DNA of 64,000 bases, taken from contig NW_026515636.1 of NCBI RefSeq assembly GCF_000738915.1, positions 149,175-213,174 of the forward strand. Reading direction: 5' to 3'. Source of the DNA: Nematocida ausubeli. Taxonomy: Eukaryota. The notes under the pieces were generated by a model. It was given only the letters and a program-made list of their open reading frames with translations. It searched no databases and was not told the origin of the DNA. Numbering within the stretch: the first letter of the stretch is position 1; each line of letters begins with the position of its first letter. The translations under genes and the position numbers were made by a program. Below are positions 10,520-20,351 of this stretch, in pieces.

Positions 10520-10600
10520 ATGTAGTAAATGACTTTTATTTTCATCAAATATCTCTGTCTGTGATTTTTACTGTAAGCCTGCCTCTATGGTTCTGAGATT
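10520..10600. repeat. Dispersed ~85-bp non-coding repeat, copy A
   Basis: TTCAT.AAATAT...TCTGTGATT.TTACTGTAA....CTCTATGGTTCT recurs at ~59232-59322. Confidence 0.7.
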
Positions 10601-10731
10601 TGTGTTTTTGGTTCTGATTATATTCCCAGCTGCAATTTCTAATTTATGCAAATAATAGGTGCATTTTAGTATCCATATAATACAATATGTATTTGTTTGG
10701 GATCTACTGCTGAGATTCAGGTTATATCAGG

Positions 10732-12108
10732 TTATTTAGTAAAGGCCTCAAATCCATCTGGTATTTTGTGGCCTGGGAAGATTTTTTTAAAGTTCTGAAT
10801 TCTTGCCATAATTCTTTCGTATACATTATCGTATCTTGTGATATCTGGGAAGTTCTGTTTCAGCCATTCAACTGACTTTACCAAAGGCACTGGTTCTTTT
10901 ATCTTATTTCTAATTATATGCCTAAATATCTCGTATGTTTCGGACTTTTCTCTAAAACTCTTCATCTTCTTGACTAGCTCTCTGGTTGAGATTTCTTTAA
11001 TACGTGCTTCATCTAGATCTAGTCTTGCCTTCATTCTTTCCTGGAAAAAAAGATCTAATGCTGTCTCTGGGATATATGCCCCGTCATTTCTTTCAACATA
11101 TATTTCCTTGCTAATTAGCCATACTGGTAGAATATAGTATGACCATATGAAGAATACAATAAGTATGCAATTCATGCCTACCCTGTGTATGACTAGATTC
11201 CAGAAAGGACTTATCTTATATATTATTCTGTATATCAAGATATCCACTTCCTGCAGCTTCTGGTGCTCATCTGCAATAGCTTGTATTTCAACCTCATTGA
11301 AGTCATAATTTGGGATTACTGGTTTTCTTGGCAGTTCTATCATTTCAATTTCTTGATTTGAGTTGAATTCCAATGCAACAGATGTTGAATCCTCTCTTTG
11401 CACTCTTAGATTTACTTCATTCGATCTATCTATCACCGGGCTTATTTCATTTGGTGTATCATCATGCTCTGATGCATTACTTTGTTCTGATGAAGTATCC
11501 TCAATTATTCTATCACTATTAAACAGGTCACTTTGAGGGGGTGCAGATATCCTTACTACAGGGACTGTCATAGATCTGCGTCTTTCTATATTTTTTGAGT
11601 CTACTTCTTCAAGGTATGCATTTTCCTCTATAGGAGAGAGAGGGGGTGTTGTTGCCGCCCTATTTCTTTGAATATCTTCTTCCTGTAATGGTGACTGTGT
11701 TTCTTCTTGTAATGATGGCTGTACTTCTTCTTGTAACAGTGGCTGTACTTCTTCCTGTAATAATGGCTGCACTTCTTCTGGTTTGGCTATACTCTTTAGG
11801 CCTGTATAATTAATGAGTCTAACAGGTTTTTTAGCTTCCTCCTTCTTTTTCTTCTTCTGCTGTGCTAGGCACCTAATTAGCTTGCTCTTCAAACTATCTT
11901 TACTTGTGCTTTCTTTGAATTTATGGCCCATTGCGCATGACTCAATTATGCAGAAAATCATATATAGAGATGATAAAAATCCACATACAATGAGAACACT
12001 GCATGCAATTGGATTATTGGCAAGAAAAAACACCCAAATATCATCGCCTTTTTGAAACTCGTCATACAAAGGGACACAGTGGCCATTATCCTTTGGGGAA
12101 CACGACAT
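10732..12108 (-). CDS. Hypothetical membrane protein with EEVQPLLQ repeats, 458 aa
   Basis: Two hydrophobic segments flank an acidic low-complexity loop with four 8-aa (24-bp) tandem repeats near 11675-11780. Confidence 0.8.
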   Translation of the reverse strand: MSCSPKDNGHCVPLYDEFQKGDDIWVFFLANNPIACSVLIVCGFLSSLYMIFCIIESCAMGHKFKESTSKDSLKSKLIRCLAQQKKKKKEEAKKPVRLINYTGLKSIAKPEEVQPLLQEEVQPLLQEEVQPSLQEETQSPLQEEDIQRNRAATTPPLSPIEENAYLEEVDSKNIERRRSMTVPVVRISAPPQSDLFNSDRIIEDTSSEQSNASEHDDTPNEISPVIDRSNEVNLRVQREDSTSVALEFNSNQEIEMIELPRKPVIPNYDFNEVEIQAIADEHQKLQEVDILIYRIIYKISPFWNLVIHRVGMNCILIVFFIWSYYILPVWLISKEIYVERNDGAYIPETALDLFFQERMKARLDLDEARIKEISTRELVKKMKSFREKSETYEIFRHIIRNKIKEPVPLVKSVEWLKQNFPDITRYDNVYERIMARIQNFKKIFPGHKIPDGFEAFTK

Positions 12109-12167
12109 ATTAAAAAATTTAGAATTTTCTGGGAACTATTTAAATAACTGAATGTTAAAAAATTTAC

Positions 12168-14747
12168 ATGGCAAAAATACTATTCGGACAGAGAGCAGTT
12201 AAAAAAGAGAAGAAAGAGACTCAGGATGTAGTGTACCCCCATGGGACACATGTCTTAGGGGCATTCTACATGGAGAGAGAAGACTCAATTAGGTTCAAGC
12301 TACCAAATGGCCGTCTGGGGGTTGTCTTAAAAAGAGGACTTGAGAATGACATTGAAGGCAGCAACCAAACACTCCCAAAGAAAATGGTTAAAGAATTTAA
12401 GAAAGATATTTATGTTGAGCTACTTGTCCAAGGGGCAACTGACTCAGGATACGAGTGCACAATATTCACACAGAAGACACTCAAGGCCAGCTCAATTGTC
12501 ACTGGTATAATTGAAGGAGAAGAAGAAGTAGGATACACAGTCTCACTGGGTATGCCTGGAAAGACAGCCTTATTAAAGACAAGCAAGAAATACTCAGAGG
12601 GTGAACTGGGTACGTTCCAAGTCACTGCAGTCACGCCTTCTACGTATATGCTTACTGACGAGCTAGACAGAGAGATATACGTTGGAGAGAGGGCTACTAT
12701 ATCGCCTGGTATTATAGTGCGGACTAATATTACGGGTAGACCAAAATATGTTCTTGGGGATATTCGGCCAAAATACACAAGCATGCACTACTCGTACACT
12801 GCAGATGGAATGTCCATAGGCAGCATGATAGTTGAAAGCAAGGAAGAATTATCTGAGGATGACGAGCAGACGTCAATTATTGTCTTTGTCTCAGAGGATA
12901 AAACCCTGATACACGCAGTGCCAATTGAAGAGTACGCCCAGGAGATACATAAGAGCCTTCCCTCCCCAGATTTAGTTGGGCAGGTATTTATGGGAGAGGC
13001 AGAAGACATTAGGCCATCCGGTCTTTCAACAATTCGTCTGGAGACAGGTTTGCTTGCTGTTATGTACGAAGAGCACTACTCTGACATCGCCAGGAAAGGG
13101 TCAAAGCCATCTTTTGAGATTGGGGAAAGGATCCAGGTGTGCGTGTACATGGTAAATGGGTATTCTGTTGTGGTTTCAGCAAAGAACGCACTTATAAAGG
13201 CCCCTAAGCCAGAACTTCCACTGAAGGTGGGCTCCTGTGTTGTAGGCATTGTCAAGCGAGTTACGCCTGTGTTTTTGGTGTGCGAAACATTTGGAGGTGC
13301 CTGCATTTCTGTTGGGCGCATGAGCGGAGATGAAGACTCTGATATAGGCGCAATTAAGTATATTAAGGTAAGAAAGCTTCCAAAGGAGGAGGGCATGAAC
13401 CTTAGAGGATCTGCAATTACTAAGGAAGAGTTCTTAAACCCAAAGAAGCGCAAGGAGAATAAAGAAAACAAAGAAAACTCCGAGAAAGAAAATATCAAGA
13501 AGACCAAGGAGAAGAAGAAGCCAAGGACACCAGAAGAGCTTGAAGCACTGCGCGTAAAAGAAGAAGCCATAAAGATGAAAAATATTCAAAAGTTCAAAAA
13601 TGGAGATGTTGCAACAGGTGTTATAACACACATATACAAATACGGAGCATTCGCCACGATTGCACCACATCTGTCAGCACGTATCCAGATAGGTGAAATC
13701 AGCAGCAGATTTGTCCAGGACTGGGCAACCCTTGTGCACGTCGGCCAGAGAGTGCGAATTGTTCTCTTTGACATTGACTATGAGGCTGGGAAAGTAGAGG
13801 GCTCCATCAAGAAGTACGAAGTACTGAATACAATTGAAGCTGCTCCTGCAGAAGAAACACAGCACGTTCTGGACTGCACTGCAGAAGATGGGCCACTAGT
13901 GTACAACGAAGAAGAAGACGAAGAGACTGAAGAGGAAAGCTCAGAAGAAGATGAAGATCTTAAGATGGAGCTATTCAACAGCAAGGATGGAATTGAGCCA
14001 TGGAAAAAGCGCATGCAGAACATGCAGCCAGAAGGCCTTCTCAGGATATACAACAAGGCAATCAACTACCTGCAGTCACTTAACTCCAAGAAGCAGATCT
14101 GTCTTGTATACGTAGCACTCCTTGGAGAGGTTAATGCCCCCATTAAGCCAGAGTACTTAGAGCCGTTGGAGGAAGGCGTGCGAAGAGATGGAAGTGTTTT
14201 CCTCAAGCAATCAATAGACACAGTAAGATCCGGAAAGAACAGAGATTTATACAAGCACCTCTGCCTGCGGTACATAAAGGAAAGAAGCGAGTCTCCATTC
14301 GGATACAAAGAGCTGATTAATTATGCTAATATGGAGAAGAGCCTTGACCAGATCAGAAGCATACCAGAAATACTTGCCCATGCAGAGATGAAGCAAGCAG
14401 ATAGAAAGTCTGTGGATGTTTGCTACATTGAGACACTCTACCGTCTCTCAAAGGTTGAAGGGCGGTCTGCAATTGAGAAGCAGATAGCTGGAATTCAGAA
14501 CAAGAGCAAGGAAGAGTGGGTTATTAAGTATATCACGCTTGAAATGGGAAGCATTGAGAAGAGCGCAGATATCGCGTACACTAGAAATGTTCTTCATAAA
14601 TCAGTGCACTCAACAGACCTAGCAGAGGAGGCCATTAAGAGTCTCTTTAAGATGTACCTCAAATTCGAGAAAGAGTACGGAACAAAAGAGAGAGAAGAGA
14701 AGGTATTGGAGATGGCAAAGGATTACGTTGCCAAATTAGACAAATAA
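12168..14747 (+). CDS. RRP5: rRNA biogenesis protein Rrp5 (S1 domains plus C-terminal HAT/TPR)
   Basis: S1 motif GDVATGVITHIYKYGAF...LVHVGQRV...VEGSIK and the Rrp5-type C-terminus LFKMYLKFEKEYG...AKDYV. Confidence 0.88.
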   Translation: MAKILFGQRAVKKEKKETQDVVYPHGTHVLGAFYMEREDSIRFKLPNGRLGVVLKRGLENDIEGSNQTLPKKMVKEFKKDIYVELLVQGATDSGYECTIFTQKTLKASSIVTGIIEGEEEVGYTVSLGMPGKTALLKTSKKYSEGELGTFQVTAVTPSTYMLTDELDREIYVGERATISPGIIVRTNITGRPKYVLGDIRPKYTSMHYSYTADGMSIGSMIVESKEELSEDDEQTSIIVFVSEDKTLIHAVPIEEYAQEIHKSLPSPDLVGQVFMGEAEDIRPSGLSTIRLETGLLAVMYEEHYSDIARKGSKPSFEIGERIQVCVYMVNGYSVVVSAKNALIKAPKPELPLKVGSCVVGIVKRVTPVFLVCETFGGACISVGRMSGDEDSDIGAIKYIKVRKLPKEEGMNLRGSAITKEEFLNPKKRKENKENKENSEKENIKKTKEKKKPRTPEELEALRVKEEAIKMKNIQKFKNGDVATGVITHIYKYGAFATIAPHLSARIQIGEISSRFVQDWATLVHVGQRVRIVLFDIDYEAGKVEGSIKKYEVLNTIEAAPAEETQHVLDCTAEDGPLVYNEEEDEETEEESSEEDEDLKMELFNSKDGIEPWKKRMQNMQPEGLLRIYNKAINYLQSLNSKKQICLVYVALLGEVNAPIKPEYLEPLEEGVRRDGSVFLKQSIDTVRSGKNRDLYKHLCLRYIKERSESPFGYKELINYANMEKSLDQIRSIPEILAHAEMKQADRKSVDVCYIETLYRLSKVEGRSAIEKQIAGIQNKSKEEWVIKYITLEMGSIEKSADIAYTRNVLHKSVHSTDLAEEAIKSLFKMYLKFEKEYGTKEREEKVLEMAKDYVAKLDK

Positions 14748-14895
14748 ATATGTCTTTCTATGTGAACCCCCATGACGGTAACTTAAAAATACTCTTGTAT
14801 ATTCTACGTTGCAGAGATCTCTTTTCCTAGAAACTGAGTGTGCACTCAGGGCAGCTTATTATGCTATGCGGCCTGGGTGCCTCTGCATATTTATC

Positions 14896-15207
14896 TTATG
14901 CTTGCATGCGTGCACTTGAGAATCTTCTGAGTTTAAGGAGAAACTGGAAAAGTTTTCCATAAATGCCTTGGAGAGTGTGCATCCAGCAATCCAGCAATCC
15001 AAAAAACTCAGCAATCTTTTTATTGAAGACCAAGAAGTCCTCTAATTTCTCTATTTGATCTATAAGATAAACCTCATCCTTGCATGCTGCACAGAAGTAT
15101 CATACATATAAGGCCTTAAGGACGTTAAATTCTTCCTCTGAATTAGCAATGTATATCTCAGTAATTGAGTGGCTGGTCTTTATTATCACTCTGTGGCATA
15201 CTTGCAT
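14896..15207 (-). pseudogene. Possible decayed gene
   Basis: ATG at 15207 opens a frame of about 103 codons broken only by one TGA (15102-15100). An 8-bp tandem duplication (ATCCAGCA) lies at ~14981-15000. Confidence 0.3.
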
Positions 15208-15792
15208 TCTTTATTTTACTATGTACATTTTAGTAGCATGTCCATCGGCAGCTGCTTAAATAGTTATAAATATACCGCAAGAAATAAGCCATGTGATAAA
15301 TTCAGGAGTAAGTCTAATATTTCAGTGGAAACACACCTATGATCATAGTGTAAGGAATATCTACTACTTATCTATATCAAAGATGGATGATTTTATCTGT
15401 ATAGAAAGTCTCTTTGTTTTAGTAATATCTTGGGTAGAGCTAAAGAAATCTAGAATCCCCTAAAAGGATCTATGTAATACCCAATGAGAGACTTATTGCA
15501 TACACAAGCTGCAATTAAAAAATCCTCTTAAGGCGAAAATGGAAAAATAGAAAGGCACATGGCACTCATGCATCTATACACATGCATATAATTCTGGCTG
15601 TGTTCTGGTATATCTTATTTTTGGGCCTTTCTATCTAAATTATTGCTTCTGTCATATTCTGCATTCTTGCTGAATTTTATTGTATTCAAGCTATACAGAT
15701 GCATGAATTAATTCTTACGTAATGAAGACAAGCTTCCTTGGCTCTTTATGGTAAACTTAATGGCATTTGGCTTTGTGCATAATTAGTATTTA

Positions 15793-16557
15793 TTATATCT
15801 CTTCTAACGCATCCCTTACATGTTTTAATTTGTCCTTAAGCACCTTCACTGCCTGCGATAACACCTCCATTGGCTTCAAGGATCCTTTTATTACTTCAAC
15901 ATTAAAATGGAACTTTTTTGGCTCTGTGCTGTGCTTGTATGTTTCTGACTGCGCAGAGGCTGACTCGCCAGCAAACCACGGCTTGGGCCACTCACTATTA
16001 ATATCTTTTTCGTGCCAGAATTTAGTGTGTCTTAAGGAGTTGTCTTCATCGTATCCAAAGGCAACTGTGGCCACGGGAGACCACTTAGCATGCTTCTTTC
16101 CAACCCCCTTTACAGCAATGCATTTGCACTTTATTGACTGCTTGTGGCCCAGTCGGGTTATAATGGAAGGGTGCTTTGGGTCACCAATATTTAGAGACAC
16201 GCCCCCTTCCATGAACAGACTCTTCGATGTTACTGTCAAAGTCGTTGGTCCGTCATTCTTCACATCGAGTACAATAGAGATAGAACAGTTTTTGCAGAAA
16301 CTTTTGCAGCTGCAGTCTTTTGGATACAGATACTTTTCTACCGTGCTGCTTTCTATGGGAATTAGTCCAAGTCTGTCTGTCGTCATTTCTTCTGGAATAA
16401 CCGTATAATTTTTGTCAAACTGCACAATGTCTATGGCTAGAGTAGGGATTTCTGTCATTATCACACGCCTCAGTGCATTTGCCATGCCGAGTGTGCAGTC
16501 CTCTAGTGTGAATTTAATGTTATCCTCAGTGACCTCTTCTATTTCTATTTTTACCAT
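15793..16557 (-). CDS. RPB3: RNA polymerase II subunit RPB3
   Basis: ANALRRVIMTEIPTLAID, RLGLIPI, the CSCKSFCKNC zinc site and GKKHAKWSPVA. ATG at 16557. Confidence 0.95.
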   Translation of the reverse strand: MVKIEIEEVTEDNIKFTLEDCTLGMANALRRVIMTEIPTLAIDIVQFDKNYTVIPEEMTTDRLGLIPIESSTVEKYLYPKDCSCKSFCKNCSISIVLDVKNDGPTTLTVTSKSLFMEGGVSLNIGDPKHPSIITRLGHKQSIKCKCIAVKGVGKKHAKWSPVATVAFGYDEDNSLRHTKFWHEKDINSEWPKPWFAGESASAQSETYKHSTEPKKFHFNVEVIKGSLKPMEVLSQAVKVLKDKLKHVRDALEEI

Positions 16558-16756
16558 AAAAATAATTTGCACTTACATTTACTTTATAGTTTTAACTCTC
16601 GCTAATATATGCGCAAAGTGTGCATGCAATTAATATTTCTTAATTATTTGTGCCTATCTTTGTCTTTTACTAGTGATTCTATAAATTGAAATCCGTCGAA
16701 AATTAGATCGAAAATTAATTGGTATTTATAATTAAATTCTTGTATTGCAAAAAAAA

Positions 16757-17392
16757 ATGAATCTGCAGAATCAGTTGTTCATGGTTGTTGGAATGATCGC
16801 ACTCATTTTCACTGGGACATTCACCACGCTATTCATTGTATCGTCCCCTAGATCAATAGATTACTCCATGCAAAAAGTCAATACCCCTGTCCCCAGAAAT
16901 GAGCTTGCTGAATATTTCTCAAACAGCACAGTCACATATAAAATTTGGTATGATGTGCTTATGGACTTTTCAATCATCCAAACACTGGACGATATAGACT
17001 CTTCGAATGATAATATCCAATTCTTTACAGATATTGATATGGACACTCAAATCACAGATCTGCAGCAGCTTGGACCAAATATAGTCAGCACCCGGGACTA
17101 CGTGAATTTCCAAAATAGCGAAGAACAGCACGTGTTTTACTTTGCAGAGAGCGAGCAGGCAAATGTCCAGTATGTTATTTCCGCATATAATAACAACTTA
17201 AGAAATAGACAGACTGCTGTGTGTGCATTTTACATGCATAATGAAGTCTTAAAGGGGTACGTTCTAAATAATTTAATTTTGAGAGCAGTTCAGACGAGCG
17301 AGATAGTTCTTTTATTAGACGAGCCTGTAGAATTTGTCAAGATTATTGACTTTGATGGAAATTCATATGAATTTACAATGGAAAATGTTTAG
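16757..17392 (+). CDS. Hypothetical signal-anchored protein, ~211 aa
   Basis: N-terminal TM helix. First ATG is at 16757; the track start is TTG. Confidence 0.75.
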   Translation: MNLQNQLFMVVGMIALIFTGTFTTLFIVSSPRSIDYSMQKVNTPVPRNELAEYFSNSTVTYKIWYDVLMDFSIIQTLDDIDSSNDNIQFFTDIDMDTQITDLQQLGPNIVSTRDYVNFQNSEEQHVFYFAESEQANVQYVISAYNNNLRNRQTAVCAFYMHNEVLKGYVLNNLILRAVQTSEIVLLLDEPVEFVKIIDFDGNSYEFTMENV

Positions 17393-18653
17393 TTTCTTCT
17401 AGCATAATTGACAAATAACAATAAAACATATAGAAAGTATTTGAATCTAGTGTTTATCCTGTTCTATTTTATCTACTATGATGTGCAATGGATTTCATTG
17501 TTAGTCTTAGTACTTTACATAATACTACTGTGTACTCGACCCGAAGATGTAGTCATATATATTGGAAATCTATATGATAAATGCACTTTTATTTATAAAG
17601 ACAAGTGTTTAGGGCATAATTTGTATTCTTTTAGTTGTAAAATATGTTTTATTTTCTAAAAGAAATCCCATTCATTTTATATAATGTGTGCATGTGAACT
17701 GAATGAAAGGTATACTTTTAAATATTATAGAAAGAAAACTTAAAATAAAATTATTGTATCCAAGGTATAATGGTACAGAGTCTGCTGCTCCTTCAAAAAG
17801 CAGTAATATGAAAGAACAGAGTGGCAGATGTGTTTTGTCTACCTGTGGTCTTTTCATTGATGCTTATAATTTACTGTAAAGCAAGAAATTATTATTGCAG
17901 TATTCAAGTTTCCTGCATACAATGCATATAGAACGAAGAAAACTCTCTTGCATTAACAATATGCACTCACATATTATCTATACACTAGATACAGCACAAA
18001 TTCATATTTACAACACTGCAGTGCTAATACTCATTTTTTGCTTTTCCCACAAAACTTCTACTCTAAGCAGTCTGCTATAGCATAGTAACCAAGAAAATTA
18101 AGAAAAGTATTTCTAGTGCAGAAGTGTAAAACTATTAACATATAAAGGCATATTTCAGAAGAAAAAGAAAGAGGCAGTTATTTAATTGCTTTAATGTAAA
18201 TAATATTAGCCTACAGACCACTTGGCATATCCTTTGCTATTTTACCCCTTTCTACCTCGTAAGTATTAGGAGCCTCTGTTCTTTCTGTGTGCTCTGCACT
18301 AAAGGGATAGAGTGCTACTAGACAGAGCATAAAGCAGCTGCATATTTTAAGCCGGCTGTCCTGCAGATTCTTCTTATTCAAGGCACGCCATTGCGTATTT
18401 CAGCATATTGTATAATAGTGGGTAGGAAACAAATGGCGTGCAAGAAAAACAATTACAGTTTAGACGCGAAGTAGCCCAATTTACAAAACGCAGCATACAG
18501 CCTTCTAAGAAAAGCAGAAAGAAGATAAAGGAACTGCACACAAATCAAGAACAGATAGAACATTTTGACAGTGCCAGGAGCTATTATTTGCTTGCTCCTG
18601 TGTGCTCTCTATAAATAAAAATAGAGCCTGGCTGGCGCACAGAACCCAAATAT

Positions 18654-19322
18654 TTACTTGGTCTGGGTCGTGTTTGGCCTGTGCTGCTCTGGTTCTATTT
18701 TGCGAACTTCCTCCAATATCATCTGAGATATCATGTCTTTCGGCTGGCTTCCATCAATTCGCGCAAGCTTGTTTGTCTTAATTCCCTTTTCAATTACCTT
18801 TCCTGTTTTCTCAATAAAGTCCAGGATGCGCCCTTTAATTAGCTCCACCCGGTCGTCTTCTCGTTTTACAAGCTTTTCCCCTGTGACGTCGTCCAACCCG
18901 GGAACTTTTGGTGGGTTGTACTTTTTGTGATAAATCCTGCCTGATGAAAGATGGCAGAGGCGGCCCTCTACTCTCTCCATAATATAATCCATGGGTGTGT
19001 CAAGGAACAGTATCCTATCATAGTGGAAGTCAATCGAGTCAAGCTGCTCTTCTGTCCTAGGATATCCGTCAAGAATAAATCCGCCCTCCACACTGTTTAT
19101 GTGCGCATTGATTAGGTCTCTAATTACAGAGTCACTTACAAACTTCCCTGCATTCAATTGTTTTTTAATGTACCGTGCCAGCTCAGTGTCCTTTTCCATT
19201 TCGCTTCGCAGTATATCACCAGATGAGATGTGCGGAATCCCCATGCGACTCGAAAGTATCTTGCACTGAGTCCCTTTCCCTGCCAAAGGAGGCCCAATCA
19301 TTAATATTTTGTATCCTTGCAT
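18654..19322 (-). CDS. ADK1: Adenylate kinase
   Basis: GPPLAGKGTQ P-loop, HISSGDILR, GFILDGYPRT and the LID region SGRIYH...DDVTGEKLVKREDD. Confidence 0.95.
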   Translation of the reverse strand: MQGYKILMIGPPLAGKGTQCKILSSRMGIPHISSGDILRSEMEKDTELARYIKKQLNAGKFVSDSVIRDLINAHINSVEGGFILDGYPRTEEQLDSIDFHYDRILFLDTPMDYIMERVEGRLCHLSSGRIYHKKYNPPKVPGLDDVTGEKLVKREDDRVELIKGRILDFIEKTGKVIEKGIKTNKLARIDGSQPKDMISQMILEEVRKIEPEQHRPNTTQTK

Positions 19323-19408
19323 ATATGATTTTTCTCGCACAGCAACAAAATATTTAATGCAAAAACACCCTGCACATTCCGAGAGGCTCCTGTCCCTCAG
19401 ATTCACAA

Positions 19409-19490
19409 GGCATCTTGGTCGAGAGGTCTAAGACGTGGCACTCAAGATGCTATCCTTTACAGGGCGTGGGTTCGAATCCCACAGATGTCA
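19409..19490 (+). tRNA. tRNA-Leu(CAA), long variable arm
   Basis: Acceptor GGCATCT/AGATGTC, anticodon arm TGGCA-CTCAAGA-TGCTA, T arm GTGGG-TTCGAAT-CCCAC, T6 terminator. No intron. Confidence 0.95.
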
Positions 19491-19517
19491 TTTTTTACAT
19501 TTCTTAATTTTTGTTTT

Positions 19518-19997
19518 ATGGTAGTACGAACTCCTAGGCGCGCAGCGCACAAGAGGACTCCCTACAAACAGAGAACACAGGAGGTGCCCGAGCAAGAAAA
19601 CACTCTCCCGAATTCAAACTTGATTGATCTCATCAAGTACTACAAAGAGAAGGAGGAAATAAGAGAGGAGTATATAAATGCACTGAAGGCAGAGAACACT
19701 CACTTAAGAAACAGTCTTGTAGTGCCAGACCAGTCGGTTTTCACTGGAATGACAATATCCAGAGTGGAGGACACGCTATACTGCAAGCAAACCATAGAGA
19801 AGGACGGCGTCGTCTGCTCACTTTCTTTTTTATTAGAGGAGCATGAAATGATCTACACTTACATATACCAAGAAAGCAGAAACATAAAAGACCTCCCAGA
19901 CTACTTACAGAGAACCATTAACTTCCCGAAGACACAGGTAAAGATCTTCTTCTTTAATATTTACCAGTGTGTAGCTAAGGACGACGACGATGAATAA
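19518..19997 (+). CDS. CSM1: Monopolin subunit Csm1/Pcs1-like protein
   Basis: Coiled coil followed by FTGMTI...YCKQT...LSFLL...Y.Y...LPDYLQRTINFP...FFFNI, matching the Csm1/Pcs1 RWD domain pattern. Confidence 0.75.
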   Translation: MVVRTPRRAAHKRTPYKQRTQEVPEQENTLPNSNLIDLIKYYKEKEEIREEYINALKAENTHLRNSLVVPDQSVFTGMTISRVEDTLYCKQTIEKDGVVCSLSFLLEEHEMIYTYIYQESRNIKDLPDYLQRTINFPKTQVKIFFFNIYQCVAKDDDDE

Positions 19998-20003
19998 AGC
20001 TAA

Positions 20004-20351
20004 TTATAAATCAAAAGACAAAGACAGCCTTTTAAATATCTCTGAAGTGAATTCTGTCTTAAGATTCGGGTCTGCACTGTGCATGCATTCGTCCAAAGAG
20101 GACGGGGTGCTGTGCTGTGAGGAGGTGGAAGATGCACTGCTGGGAATTGAGTCTTTTCTGGGTGGTTTTGTGCAGAAAGAGTTTTTGTGCAGGAACTGTG
20201 CGCTGGAGAGAGCATTTTTTATCTTCTCTGCTGGTGGGGTGGGTTCTATTATGTCTTTGCAGGTGTCTGCGATGTGGCATGCGTGATGCTCTTTATCCTC
20301 TGCTGGTTGTTCTGTCTGGGTTTCCTTTTTCTTGAATCTTTTGTAGTTCAT
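20004..20351 (-). CDS. Hypothetical protein, 115 aa, Ser-rich
   Basis: ATG-started ORF with coding-like composition, ending 6 bp from the CSM1 stop. Confidence 0.55.
   Translation of the reverse strand: MNYKRFKKKETQTEQPAEDKEHHACHIADTCKDIIEPTPPAEKIKNALSSAQFLHKNSFCTKPPRKDSIPSSASSTSSQHSTPSSLDECMHSADPNLKTEFTSEIFKRLSLSFDL

Noticed and set aside
15308..15325. GTAAGTCTAATATTTCAG, an 18-nt intron-like string
   Set aside because: Intergenic; I found no reading frame that its removal would restore.
16540..16580. AT-GTAAGT just upstream of RPB3 (minus strand), resembling a start-codon intron
   Set aside because: There is no CTAAC branch site, no acceptor recreates an in-frame ATG, and RPB3 is complete from ATG 16557.
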